Assembly (NCBI GenBank): GCA_027339965.1 | Contig: DAHWNL010000006.1 | Span: forward strand, 32,001-96,000 | Length of the DNA stretch: 64,000 nt | Direction of reading: 5' to 3' | Origin: Granulicella sp. | Lineage (GTDB): Bacteria; Acidobacteriota; Terriglobia; Terriglobales; Acidobacteriaceae | Program-made: the position numbers and the translations under genes | Notes under the pieces: model-generated | Told to the model about the DNA's origin: nothing | The model's input: only the letters and a program-made list of their open reading frames with translations | Database searches by the model: none | Shown here: positions 47,786 to 57,394 of the stretch, piece by piece | Position numbering within the stretch: the first letter of the stretch is position 1 | Layout: the number at the start of each line of letters is the position of its first letter

Positions 47786-49900
47786 CTACTGTGGAAGCGG
47801 AGGCGGGTGTTTGGTCAGCGGTTGAGGAGCCGCCTCCGGGGTAGGCGCCGTAAGGCCGGGAATCAGGGGGGCCGAGGTGACGCCGCCGGCGGCGGCATCC
47901 TTAATGCTGATGTGATAGCGATCCAACGTCGTCGAGAGAACCTGAAACAGAGCCGCGCGGTCCTTGGCGTAAGTCGCGGTATCGGAGATCAGAGTATCCT
48001 CTGCGGTCGCCAGATTGCGTTGCTGCTGGAGCACGTTGGCGCTGGTACTGGCGCCGAGCCGATACTTCTTCTGCTCGGCAAGGAAGCTTTGCTCGGCGTA
48101 ATCGCGCTGCGCCTGGGCCGCAGCCACCTGGGCGCGGTCATTGGTCAGGGCGTAGCGGTCGTTGATGATCTGCATACGAATCTGGGTATAGAGCTGCTGC
48201 AGGCGCATCTCGGACTGACGCATCTCCATCTGGGAACGAGCGGCATCCGCCTGCGCGACGCGGTTGCGCAGGGGAATGTTGATGTTCAATCCAACACCCT
48301 TGTTCGGCGCGGAGTTATTGAAGACCGACTCAAAGGTTGCTCCGTAGGACACCGTGGGAAAGGTTCCAGGAGGATAGGCTCCCGTCCCCGTCAGCAGGTT
48401 CTCCGCATACGCGCTTTGCGCGCCACCCAGACCCATGCCTCCATAAAAGGCGTAGGCATCCACGGTAGGCAGCAGGCCATTCTTCAACGCTTTGATGGTG
48501 ATCACATCATTCTTCATGTTAAGGACCGCCTGCTCGATCTGGGGGTTGTTGGCTTCGGCCTCCTGAACCAGATCGTCCACTGGCATATCCTCCTCCGTGA
48601 GCCGTTCCAGCGAGATCCGGTCAGTGGGAATGATGGGAGCGCTGGAGAATTTGGCGTCATTCAGATTCCGCGCAATCGCCTGCTTCATGATGAGCTGCTG
48701 GTACTCCAGTTTGGTCTGCGCGGAGATCAGCGCCTGCTTATCGGCTGCCACTGACGCATCGGAATTAACCACGTCCAGGGGAGCCAGCGTGCCGATGGCC
48801 AGTTGCTTGCGGTTGTCCTGGGAGAGCTGCGTGGATTGCGCCAGAGCTCGCTCCTTGGCCTGGACGTCCTCATAATCGCTGACTAGATCCCAATAGATGT
48901 CCTCCACCTGATTGATCGTATAAAGAAGCTGCTCCCGGAAGGAGGAGTCCGTGATGCGGCGATCATTTTTGGCCTGAATGATGAACCGGTGGTTCAGATC
49001 AATACCAAAGCCCTGCAGCAGATGCTGGGTGATCTGGGCGTTGAAGGTCGAGGTGACCAGGGGACTGTAGTCGACAAAGGGATCGTTCGTGGTGACGCGA
49101 GAGTTCTGGAAGGTCACCTGGAGCAAGCTGCCTGTGACGAAGCCCTGTGTATAGCCGAAGTTGAAGGTGCCGGTGTTGGTATACAGCGAGGGCAGACCTC
49201 CGCTGAAGAGTTCATTGGATTGGGCTTGCACGTTGGAGTTGTACTCCAATTGGCCGGTCACTGACGGGTCCAGCACCTCTGGCATGGGGCCGCCGCCGTT
49301 GGTGCTGAGAACCAGGCCGTTGGCTCCGGTGCCACCTCCGCCGGCGCTGCTCGATGTACCGCCCGGCCCGCCACCACCGGCGACCGCGGTTCCCGTGGTG
49401 CCCAGCGTATTGCCGATGATTCCCGTCGAAACGCCGCGTAGGGAACCGCCCGCACGGGCGCGGAGCAGGTCCGTGTCTGCAATGTCAAGATTGATCCGGG
49501 CGATGGCGATGTCATAGTTGTTCTCCAGGGCGAGGGTGACGGCATCGGAGAGGCTGAGATAGATTTCGCCATTGTGGAACAAATCATAGAGGTGCGGCGT
49601 ATTGTGAAGGCGAGGTGCCGGGTAGTACGTGGGGGTGTACCAGCGGAAAGGGTTGGGAAGCCCATATTTGCCGTGGCTGTAGTCATGGGCCGTGGGGCGA
49701 AGAAAGAGAGGCCCGGCAGAGCTGGGCCGGGGTGCCTCCGGTAGCGCGGAACTGTTGGAGGACTCACCTGCAACGGCCGAGGCAGGAACCGCCTGAGATG
49801 AGGAGGAGAAGGTTCCGGTCTGCTGCGCCGCGGCTGATGGAATGATTCCAGCCAACGTAAGAAGCACGCAGGCGCTCGCCTGAAGATTCCTTAGTTTCAC
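47786..49900 (-). CDS. TolC-family outer membrane protein
   Basis: LSL.DAV.LALENN, YW.LV, LLP.VD, IPLRN and EQKKY.LG.ST; signal peptide and Gly/Thr-rich insert. Confidence 0.85.
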   Translation of the reverse strand: MKLRNLQASACVLLTLAGIIPSAAAQQTGTFSSSSQAVPASAVAGESSNSSALPEAPRPSSAGPLFLRPTAHDYSHGKYGLPNPFRWYTPTYYPAPRLHNTPHLYDLFHNGEIYLSLSDAVTLALENNYDIAIARINLDIADTDLLRARAGGSLRGVSTGIIGNTLGTTGTAVAGGGGPGGTSSSAGGGGTGANGLVLSTNGGGPMPEVLDPSVTGQLEYNSNVQAQSNELFSGGLPSLYTNTGTFNFGYTQGFVTGSLLQVTFQNSRVTTNDPFVDYSPLVTSTFNAQITQHLLQGFGIDLNHRFIIQAKNDRRITDSSFREQLLYTINQVEDIYWDLVSDYEDVQAKERALAQSTQLSQDNRKQLAIGTLAPLDVVNSDASVAADKQALISAQTKLEYQQLIMKQAIARNLNDAKFSSAPIIPTDRISLERLTEEDMPVDDLVQEAEANNPQIEQAVLNMKNDVITIKALKNGLLPTVDAYAFYGGMGLGGAQSAYAENLLTGTGAYPPGTFPTVSYGATFESVFNNSAPNKGVGLNINIPLRNRVAQADAARSQMEMRQSEMRLQQLYTQIRMQIINDRYALTNDRAQVAAAQAQRDYAEQSFLAEQKKYRLGASTSANVLQQQRNLATAEDTLISDTATYAKDRAALFQVLSTTLDRYHISIKDAAAGGVTSAPLIPGLTAPTPEAAPQPLTKHPPPLPQ

Positions 49901-50123
49901 GATTCACTTCTCCAACACACGGCTCGAGTGGCTTGTAGCCGGAATTCGATTGCGAACGCTGTTCGGATTTAGATACGGCGGCCGGCATGAGTTGGTTCCA
50001 GACCACGACCCTCTGCGCAGATGCCGACAGCCAGTTGTCCCTCGGCTGTGGCAATGATCTGCGGTAACAACCTCTCCCAAAGTATATCGGTCAGCCCGCA
50101 AGCGGCTCTCTACAATCAGAGTC

Positions 50124-51041
50124 ATGGCAGATGCGATGAGTCGCTCTTTTTGGAAGATCGTGGTGAGCTATGACGGGACAAACTTCCACGGATGGCAGGT
50201 TCAGCCCGGCCAGCCGACGGTACAAGGAACGTTGGCGACGGTCTTGAAGAAGTTAACCGGAGAGACTGTGCTGCCGCAGGGTTCCGGGCGGACCGACGCC
50301 GGAGTTCATGCCCTGGGGCAGGTGGCCAGTTTCTCGCTGCGCGCCCCGCTTCCGCCGGAGAACCTGCTCCGGGCCATGAACCGCCTGCTGCCTGGAAGCG
50401 TGCGTGTTCTGCGCGCGGAAAGGGTTGGGGAGGAATTCCACGCGCGCCACAATGCGCTTGGCAAAACCTATGAATACAGAATCTTCGAGCGCAAATTGCC
50501 GCCTTCTGCAGAGAGGATCTGTTCGCCGTTCCTGACCCCGTTTGTCTGGGACTGCCGCTGGGCGCTGGATGCCGCATCCATGGCCCAGGCAGCCGAAGAG
50601 TTGCTCGGCACGCACAACTTCGCCTCCTTTGCCGCAACCGACCCGGAGTTGCGGGCACGCGAGGAACAGGACAAGGATGGGGAGGAAGGAACGTCGGGCC
50701 CCAACCCCGTGAAAACCATTGACCACTCCTCCGTGTTCCGTCAGGACGGGTTGCTGCTCTACCGTGTCACCGGAAGCGGATTCCTCCACCACATGGTGAG
50801 AAACATCGTAGGAACCCTGGTGGAGATTGGGCGCGGAGCCATGGAGGGCGAACAGCTTGCGAAGATTCTGGAAGCACGCAATCGTACGCTGGCCGGACCC
50901 ACTGCCCCGGCACGCGGGTTGTTCCTGGTGAATGTGGATTATGTTGGGAGTACGCACCGCTTCGGGGGCGAAACAGCCCTGAGCTATGGAAACAGCCCTG
51001 AGCATCCGAATGCAACCTCGATCTCCGGAGACCGTCCTTGA
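50124..51041 (+). CDS. truA: tRNA pseudouridine(38-40) synthase
   Basis: YDGT.F.GWQ.Q, GRTDAGVHA.GQ, FHAR, FL.HMVR.IVG and TAPA.GL.L. Confidence 0.95.
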   Translation: MADAMSRSFWKIVVSYDGTNFHGWQVQPGQPTVQGTLATVLKKLTGETVLPQGSGRTDAGVHALGQVASFSLRAPLPPENLLRAMNRLLPGSVRVLRAERVGEEFHARHNALGKTYEYRIFERKLPPSAERICSPFLTPFVWDCRWALDAASMAQAAEELLGTHNFASFAATDPELRAREEQDKDGEEGTSGPNPVKTIDHSSVFRQDGLLLYRVTGSGFLHHMVRNIVGTLVEIGRGAMEGEQLAKILEARNRTLAGPTAPARGLFLVNVDYVGSTHRFGGETALSYGNSPEHPNATSISGDRP

Positions 51042-52354
51042 GCGCCGCGCACCATCTTCGCATCACCCAACTCGCCAGTGATCGCCGTCTGCACCATGCC
51101 TTCGCCTGGCTGCATCTGCATGAGGCGCAGTTGCGGCGTTGGCAGTTGGAGTTTCTCGCCATTCCGGCGCCGCCCTTCTCCGAATCCCGGCGGGCAGCGT
51201 GGTTCTGCGAGCGCTTCCGAGAGCTTGGATTATCTGAGCCGAGGCTAGATGCGGAGGGCAACGCGGTTGCCGAACTGCGGCCCTCACCGTCTGCCTCCTG
51301 CCCAGCCGTTGACTCCGTCTCCGCATCTGCCGTGGTTTTGCTCTCGGCGCACCTGGACACGGTCTTTCCTTCTGGAACGAACTGCTCGCCGCGAGAGGTG
51401 GAGGCCCATATTCTGGGCCCAGGAGCGTGCGACAACGGCGCCGGTTTGGCCGGGTTGCTCGGCTTGGCGGCGGCGATGCGCCATGCCCAAATCCGTCCGG
51501 ATTGCACGATTCTCTTCGCAGCCAATGTGGGCGAGGAGGGTGAGGGCAACCTGCGCGGCATGCGCCACTTGCTTCAAACGGAACCCTACGCCGGCAGAGT
51601 TCGAGCCGCCATCGCATTGGAGGGAGCCGGCGAGCGAATCGTGGTTGACCAGGCTCTGGGCAGCCGGCGGCTGCGCATTACCCTCTGTGGACCAGGTGGG
51701 CACTCCTGGGCGGACGCGGGGCGCGCCAACCCGATCCTGACCATGGCGGCAGCGATGCTGGAACTGAACCGGACGCCGTTGCCGGCGCGGCCCAGGACGA
51801 CGCTGAACTGGGGAGTGATCCGGGGGGGAAGCTCGGTGAACTCAATTCCCGAGTCCGTAACTGCGGATCTGGATCTGAGGTCGGTCTCTGGCGGCGAGCT
51901 AGACCGGCTGGAGTTGCAGGTACTCCAGACGCTGCAGCGGCTGGTCGAGGCGGAGAACCGGCGGCACGGGATGAAGACCCTTACCCTGCAAGCGAAACGG
52001 ATCGGCGAACGCCCCCTGGGCAGGCTTGGGGCGGGTTCCGGGCTGGCCACGAGTCTGCGAGCCGTGGATCGGCACCTGCGGATTGTCACCGAGAGACGGA
52101 TCGGATCCACGGATGCCAACCTGCCGCTATCTCTGGGCATCCCCGCGCTGGCCATCGGCGCGGGTGGCCGGGGATGGGGGATCCATACGCTCGATGAGGG
52201 CTATGATCCTACCGGACGGCACCTGGCCCTTCGCCGGGTGCTTCTGCTCCTGCTCGACGCTTGTACCCTGAGCGGGCAAGATGCCTCCCCAGCCCAAGCG
52301 GATGCGGAGACGGCTTGGGACCCCAAAACCACTGGAGTACACTCCTTGACGTGA
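51038..52354 (+). CDS. M20/M25/M40 family metallo-hydrolase
   Basis: SAHLDTVFP, GPGACDN, GEEG.G.L.G, GGHSW, STDAN and H...E. Confidence 0.85.
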   Translation: MSAAHHLRITQLASDRRLHHAFAWLHLHEAQLRRWQLEFLAIPAPPFSESRRAAWFCERFRELGLSEPRLDAEGNAVAELRPSPSASCPAVDSVSASAVVLLSAHLDTVFPSGTNCSPREVEAHILGPGACDNGAGLAGLLGLAAAMRHAQIRPDCTILFAANVGEEGEGNLRGMRHLLQTEPYAGRVRAAIALEGAGERIVVDQALGSRRLRITLCGPGGHSWADAGRANPILTMAAAMLELNRTPLPARPRTTLNWGVIRGGSSVNSIPESVTADLDLRSVSGGELDRLELQVLQTLQRLVEAENRRHGMKTLTLQAKRIGERPLGRLGAGSGLATSLRAVDRHLRIVTERRIGSTDANLPLSLGIPALAIGAGGRGWGIHTLDEGYDPTGRHLALRRVLLLLLDACTLSGQDASPAQADAETAWDPKTTGVHSLT

Positions 52355-52436
52355 GATCTTCTGTTTGCAAGCTGGTTCTGCAAACCGTGACCGGCGGTCA
52401 TCGAGCGTCGCTTGCCCCAGCGGAGATCTCCAGGGC

Positions 52437-53546
52437 ATGATCGCAGGGCCTGGAGGTAAGTTGCGAAGATCCCATAGCCTGGCGGCGCATCTTCTCCTGC
52501 TGGGGGTGGCGGTGGTATGGGGAACCACCTTTGCGCTGGTCAAGGCAGCGCTGGCCGATGCCTCACCGATGATCTTCAATCTGCTCCGCATGACGCTGGC
52601 CTTTGCTGCGCTCGTGGCGATCAACCTTCCCGACCTGCGCCAGCTAAAGCCGGCGGATCTCAAGCTGGGGGCAGCCGCAGGTTTGTTCCTGGGGCTGGGA
52701 TACCAGTTGCAAACCACCGGGCTGATGTACACCACAGCCTCCCGAGCGGCCTTCATCACCGGCCTTGTGGTGGTGATGGTGCCCCTGATGAGTGCGATCC
52801 CGGGGCTACGCCCGCGACCCGGTGGCCGCAGATCTTCGCTGGCTGAGGCCGGCAGCGCTTTTGCTGAGAAGATTGCTCCGGCCGAGCGCTCGTTTCCACT
52901 TCCAGACTTCGCCTCCAGCCAAAGAATCGAGTCTCAACCTTCATCCCGGCTCGACTCCCCTGCGGATGACACATCCGGGCTACGTCCGAATTTAGACACC
53001 TATGTGGGAGCGCTGGTGGCATTCGTTGGCCTGGCGCTGCTGACCTCGCCCCAGGCGACGGGTCCGGAGCCGTTCTCTGGAATTCATTTGGGAGAGTGGC
53101 TCTGCCTGGGCTGTGCGGTTGCCTTCGCCGCCCATCTGCTCGCCCTGGCCAAAGCCGCCTCCCGGGTCTCAGCCCGCAGGCTAGGAACCTTGCAGATTGG
53201 CTTTGCGGCAGTCGTCATGCTTGTCACCCTGCCGCTGGGAGGGCCGCTGCGCTTTCACAGCGCGGGAGTCCTTTGGCTCGCCCTGGCGGTCACCTCGGTG
53301 CTGGCCACGGCGGCGGCCTTTACTATCCAGAGTTGGGCACAGCAGCATTTGCCCGCTTCGCATACGGCGCTGATTCTCACCCTGGAACCGATCTTTGCGT
53401 GGCTCACCTCCCTGTTCTTCCTCGGCGAACATTTGGGACGGCGGGGAATTCTGGGAGCGTTTCTGATCCTTGCTGGGATTCTGGTGGCGGAGTTGCGGCC
53501 CGTGACGCACGGACGCAACCAGCCGCTGCCTTTAACCGGAGCCTGA
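52437..53546 (+). CDS. DMT/EamA-family transporter
   Basis: WGTTF, Q..GL..TT.S..AFITGL, Q.WAQ and LEP.FA; about 10 TM helices. Confidence 0.85.
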   Translation: MIAGPGGKLRRSHSLAAHLLLLGVAVVWGTTFALVKAALADASPMIFNLLRMTLAFAALVAINLPDLRQLKPADLKLGAAAGLFLGLGYQLQTTGLMYTTASRAAFITGLVVVMVPLMSAIPGLRPRPGGRRSSLAEAGSAFAEKIAPAERSFPLPDFASSQRIESQPSSRLDSPADDTSGLRPNLDTYVGALVAFVGLALLTSPQATGPEPFSGIHLGEWLCLGCAVAFAAHLLALAKAASRVSARRLGTLQIGFAAVVMLVTLPLGGPLRFHSAGVLWLALAVTSVLATAAAFTIQSWAQQHLPASHTALILTLEPIFAWLTSLFFLGEHLGRRGILGAFLILAGILVAELRPVTHGRNQPLPLTGA

Positions 53547-53898
53547 TAACCGGAGCCTGACGAGTCTTGTGCTGCCCTCCCCACCCGTCAAAAACATCCT
53601 CCACGATTCACCCCACTCCCATGAAGTCCGAAAGGATAACCCTCTGTACCCTCCCCACCGTAGCCGATCCGATCGCGGCGGAGATGCAGAAAAGCTGCAA
53701 AGATGCATACACTGGAGAAGGCTCTGCGCCACGGGATGCTAAACCCGATCAGATTCCCCCGCGACTTTTCGCAAGGACTGACGTCTATCCCCACGGCGAG
53801 CAAAAATCTGCAAGCCAAACCTGCTGAGCAGGTTACCTCGGCGTCACCGCAAAGCATCAGATGAATGGAACGAATCCAGAACGAGGGAAAACACTATC

Positions 53899-55515
53899 AT
53901 GGAAGCATTGAATCGATTTGGACAGGCTCTTTGGAGAAAGACTCGCCAGGGACGCATGTCGACCATATTTACGATCCTTGGAATACTTTCCGCCTGCGTT
54001 TTGGCCGGGTCGATTCTGACCGGAAACGTCAGCGCCAAGCAGGCCGTCGATAGCAGTGACGCGCAGCCTTTGGTCATTCCCAATCCGGTCACGCTGTCCA
54101 ACGGTTTCTCGGCCATCGTCAAGCAGGTTGGTCCGGCGGTGGTGAACATCAACACCGAGACCCTGCCCAAAGAGAGCAACAACGGCGGAAACGGTGGACA
54201 AATGGGCCAGGGCGACCAGGGAATGCAGGACTTCTTCAACCACTTCTTTGGATTGCCGGGAGGCAACGGTGGCCAGCAGAGTCAAGGCCCAAGCCGTGCA
54301 CTGGGTTCGGGCTTCATCGTCGACCCGCGCGGATATATCCTGACCAACTACCATGTGATCGATGGAGCGGACCGGATCTATGTGAAGCTCTCCTCAGACC
54401 CCCAGAACTCGCCCGATCCGGGCCGGCTGGCGACCGTGGTCGGTTTCGACAAAGACACCGACATCGCCGTCATCAAGATTCATAGCGACAAGCCCTTGCC
54501 GACGGTCAAGATCGGCAACTCGGACAGTGCACAGGTGGGTGACTGGGTGCTGGCCATCGGCGAGCCCTTTGGGCTCTCCCAGACCGTCTCGGCCGGCATC
54601 ATCTCGGCCAGGAACCGGTCCATCGATGAGGGAGCTGACGCCCATCAGGTGGCCAAGGGTGAGTTCCAGAAGTTCCTCCAGACGGATGCCGCCATCAACC
54701 CCGGCAACTCCGGCGGACCCCTGGTCGATATGGCCGGCCAGGTCATCGGCATGAACACGGCGATCTACACCCAGTCGGCGGGAAATGAGGGCATCGGATT
54801 TGCGCTGCCCTCCAACACCATCGTCAACGTCTATAACCAACTCATCGGACCGGAACACAAGGTGGTCCGCGGCTCCATCGGCGTGCAGTTCCAGGCCAAC
54901 ACCTCCTCGGCGGTCGCCAAGATGTATGGCTTCCCCAACGGCGGCGTGATTGTGAGCGAAGTGGTTCCTGGCGGGCCGGCAGCCAAGGCCGGCGTGCAGC
55001 CACAGGACATTATTGTCTCCGTGGACGGAAAGCCGATCCGAGATGGGGATGAGTTGATCAGCATCGTCTCCGACAAGCATCCGGGAACTACCATCAGCCT
55101 GGGCATCATTCGTTCCGGCAAGCACATCACGTTGGCTTGCGGCGTCGAGGACCGGAACAAGCTTTACGCCAATATGGGCAACGGCGCCGGGACGTCCAAT
55201 CAGGCCTCACCCAGCAACGCCGGAGAGACGAAGTTTGGCGTCTCCGTGCAACCCACCACCGCGGAGATAAACAGCGCTCTGCACATCACCGGTGGCGTCG
55301 TGGTTACCAACGTCAAACCGGGCTCCTTCGCCGATGCCATCGGTCTGTATCAGGGTGCGGTGATCACGGAGATCAACCGCAGGCCTGTGACGGATGTGGC
55401 TGGGTTCAACGCTGCCGCGAGCAGCTTGAAGTCGGGTGACGATGTCGTCTTCGTGGTGCGCAACCCGCAGAACCCAACCGGCGGCGACTCGTTCATCGGT
55501 GGGACGCTGCCCTAA
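53899..55515 (+). CDS. degP: HtrA/DegP (Do-family) serine protease with two PDZ domains
   Basis: LGSGFI, LTNYHV, DIAVIK, QTDAAINPGNSGGPL and GIGFA.P. Confidence 0.92.
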   Translation: MEALNRFGQALWRKTRQGRMSTIFTILGILSACVLAGSILTGNVSAKQAVDSSDAQPLVIPNPVTLSNGFSAIVKQVGPAVVNINTETLPKESNNGGNGGQMGQGDQGMQDFFNHFFGLPGGNGGQQSQGPSRALGSGFIVDPRGYILTNYHVIDGADRIYVKLSSDPQNSPDPGRLATVVGFDKDTDIAVIKIHSDKPLPTVKIGNSDSAQVGDWVLAIGEPFGLSQTVSAGIISARNRSIDEGADAHQVAKGEFQKFLQTDAAINPGNSGGPLVDMAGQVIGMNTAIYTQSAGNEGIGFALPSNTIVNVYNQLIGPEHKVVRGSIGVQFQANTSSAVAKMYGFPNGGVIVSEVVPGGPAAKAGVQPQDIIVSVDGKPIRDGDELISIVSDKHPGTTISLGIIRSGKHITLACGVEDRNKLYANMGNGAGTSNQASPSNAGETKFGVSVQPTTAEINSALHITGGVVVTNVKPGSFADAIGLYQGAVITEINRRPVTDVAGFNAAASSLKSGDDVVFVVRNPQNPTGGDSFIGGTLP

Positions 55516-55533
55516 TCCGGAGCGCTGGTGGAG

Positions 55534-55563
55534 CAGGAGGGCGCAGACGTTCGCCCCCTCCTG
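55534..55563 (+). terminator. Hairpin downstream of degP (possible terminator)
   Basis: caggaggg...ccctcctg inverted repeat 18 nt after the stop; the U-tract is weak. Confidence 0.45.
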
Positions 55564-55897
55564 TCTCTGCCGGCACGACGCCGACATCGCTCTTTTTCTT
55601 GAAGTTTTTGAACTCCTAAGTTGGAGATGAGGTTCGCGCTCTTGCAGATTCGGGATCTCCTGTGACGACAGGCACCGCAATCCGGCTTGCATCCAGGGTT
55701 GGTTTCAAGTAGGCTTATAGAATTTTCAGTGTTGCTGGGTACACCGGACGGGGCGTGCAGTGACGTTTTCATTGGGGAAAACGCCCATAGAGGTCGAGGC
55801 GTCGCGTTACACCTGCACTGAAAACGCTTTAGGGTGCGATTCGGGCCGCAGACGAAGACAGAGCCCTGTTGCGACAGAAAGGAACGATCGCCAAGCA

Positions 55898-56488
55898 ATG
55901 CGCGCTTTACTCGGAAAGACAATCCGGGCAGCTATCTCGGTCTTTCTCTTGACGCTGACGGTTACGGCATCCGCTTCCGCGCAAGCTTCCACGCAGCCCG
56001 CAAACCATCCTGCGACACACTCCAAGGCGCGCTCGCAACGGCGCCGCAGTAGCCGGCATTCTGCCTCAAGGCGGACTTATAGAAGGCGGCATCTGCGCAC
56101 CGCCCGCTACGCCAGAGGTCCGGCGGAGATGCCCACCGAGCGGGTCACTGAGATTCAGACCGCGCTGATCCGGCACGGATATCAGAGCGGCGAACCGACC
56201 GGAAAGTGGGACGCGCAAACGGCGGCCGCGATGCAGAAGCTTCAGGCCGACCATGGCTGGCAGACCAAGATCACTCCGGACTCAAGAGCCTTGATTTTGC
56301 TCGGATTGGGCCCCGAGGATACGAGATCGGCACCGAGGCCGTCGACGCAACCCTCCCCGGGCGCGACGGGACCGGCAAAGGAAACGTCAAGCTCCGCAGC
56401 CAGCGGCAGGACGACCAACGAGATCGGAGTCTCTGGCCCCGGCACCACCAGCCAGACCCAGATTTTTACTCAGACGCAGCAGCAGTAG
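55898..56488 (+). CDS. Peptidoglycan-binding domain protein, secreted
   Basis: Signal peptide, Arg/His/Ser-rich linker, then EIQTAL...GY....TG.WD..T..AM...Q...G. Confidence 0.78.
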   Translation: MRALLGKTIRAAISVFLLTLTVTASASAQASTQPANHPATHSKARSQRRRSSRHSASRRTYRRRHLRTARYARGPAEMPTERVTEIQTALIRHGYQSGEPTGKWDAQTAAAMQKLQADHGWQTKITPDSRALILLGLGPEDTRSAPRPSTQPSPGATGPAKETSSSAASGRTTNEIGVSGPGTTSQTQIFTQTQQQ

Positions 56489-56762
56489 CGGGCTCCCTCA
56501 TTTCATTCCTGACAAGCTCAGCTTCTCCTCCACGGATCGATCTTCCCCCCTCGATGAACGGCCCTTTGCCGGGATGAACAAACCACCGGTGCCGGAGACT
56601 GGAGAAGCGGAAACCGGTCTACATCACACTCTGCTTGAAGTATCTTTTCCCAAAATCCGTAACATGGGTCGCGATGCTGGCAGTCGAGCCAGTGGTTCCC
56701 AGCTCCATGGAAGAATCCATACCTTCCCTGCGGGCAGGCGAGCCCCTGAAGAGAAGACTCGT

Positions 56763-57173
56763 TTACCGCCAACTCACCGCCAGATGCCAGCGATGGCCCC
56801 GCTGAGCGGATTTGCGCAGCACGGTCTGGTACTCACGAAGCTCGCTGAGAACCTCCGGGCCCTCCCTGCCAAGTTGCTCTGGATCTGTTTCCAGCGCTGT
56901 AATCAGCGCTTCCAGCGTGCGCAGGCCATCTTCAGCGCGGTACCACTGCGGCGGGGGAAGACGATGGAGAAGTGCGGGATCTCCACCGCCCTCCTGGATG
57001 AGCAAAGCCATGGAATTTTCATCGGCGGAGAAGAACTCCAGCAGGGGCTTGACTCCAAGCTCGAGCGCCAACTTTTCAACCGCGCTCTCATGTCGAGCCA
57101 GCATCTGTCCGTTCACATAGATGCAGTATCCAGGATCCTCGCCTTCCACAACGATGTACATTGATGCGGCCAT
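56763..57173 (-). CDS. Hypothetical protein
   Basis: 136-aa ORF MAASMYIVVEGEDP...WHLAVSWR with normal codon usage; TACACT 7 nt before the ATG. Confidence 0.7.
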   Translation of the reverse strand: MAASMYIVVEGEDPGYCIYVNGQMLARHESAVEKLALELGVKPLLEFFSADENSMALLIQEGGGDPALLHRLPPPQWYRAEDGLRTLEALITALETDPEQLGREGPEVLSELREYQTVLRKSAQRGHRWHLAVSWR

Positions 57174-57342
57174 GGGAAAGAGTGTAGCTCCTTGCTGATC
57201 AAAATCGAAGAGCTCAGGAATCCGTGCGGAGATATCCCTTTCAGCCAGCACCGTCTTCTTTGGCTGAACCGACTGCACGCGCCTGACTCCAAGACAAGAG
57301 GCTACAGCGTCTCACCCAGGTTGTTCTCACGCTTGGGTCAAC

Positions 57343-57372
57343 TGCCGTAGCCTCAAGTGCCGTAGCCTCAAG
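57343..57372. repeat. Perfect 15-bp tandem duplication (tgccgtagcctcaag x2)
   Basis: Copies at 57343-57357 and 57358-57372, just downstream of the pnp stop codon. Confidence 0.95.
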
Positions 57373-57394
57373 ATTTGAATCTGCAATGTGGAGC

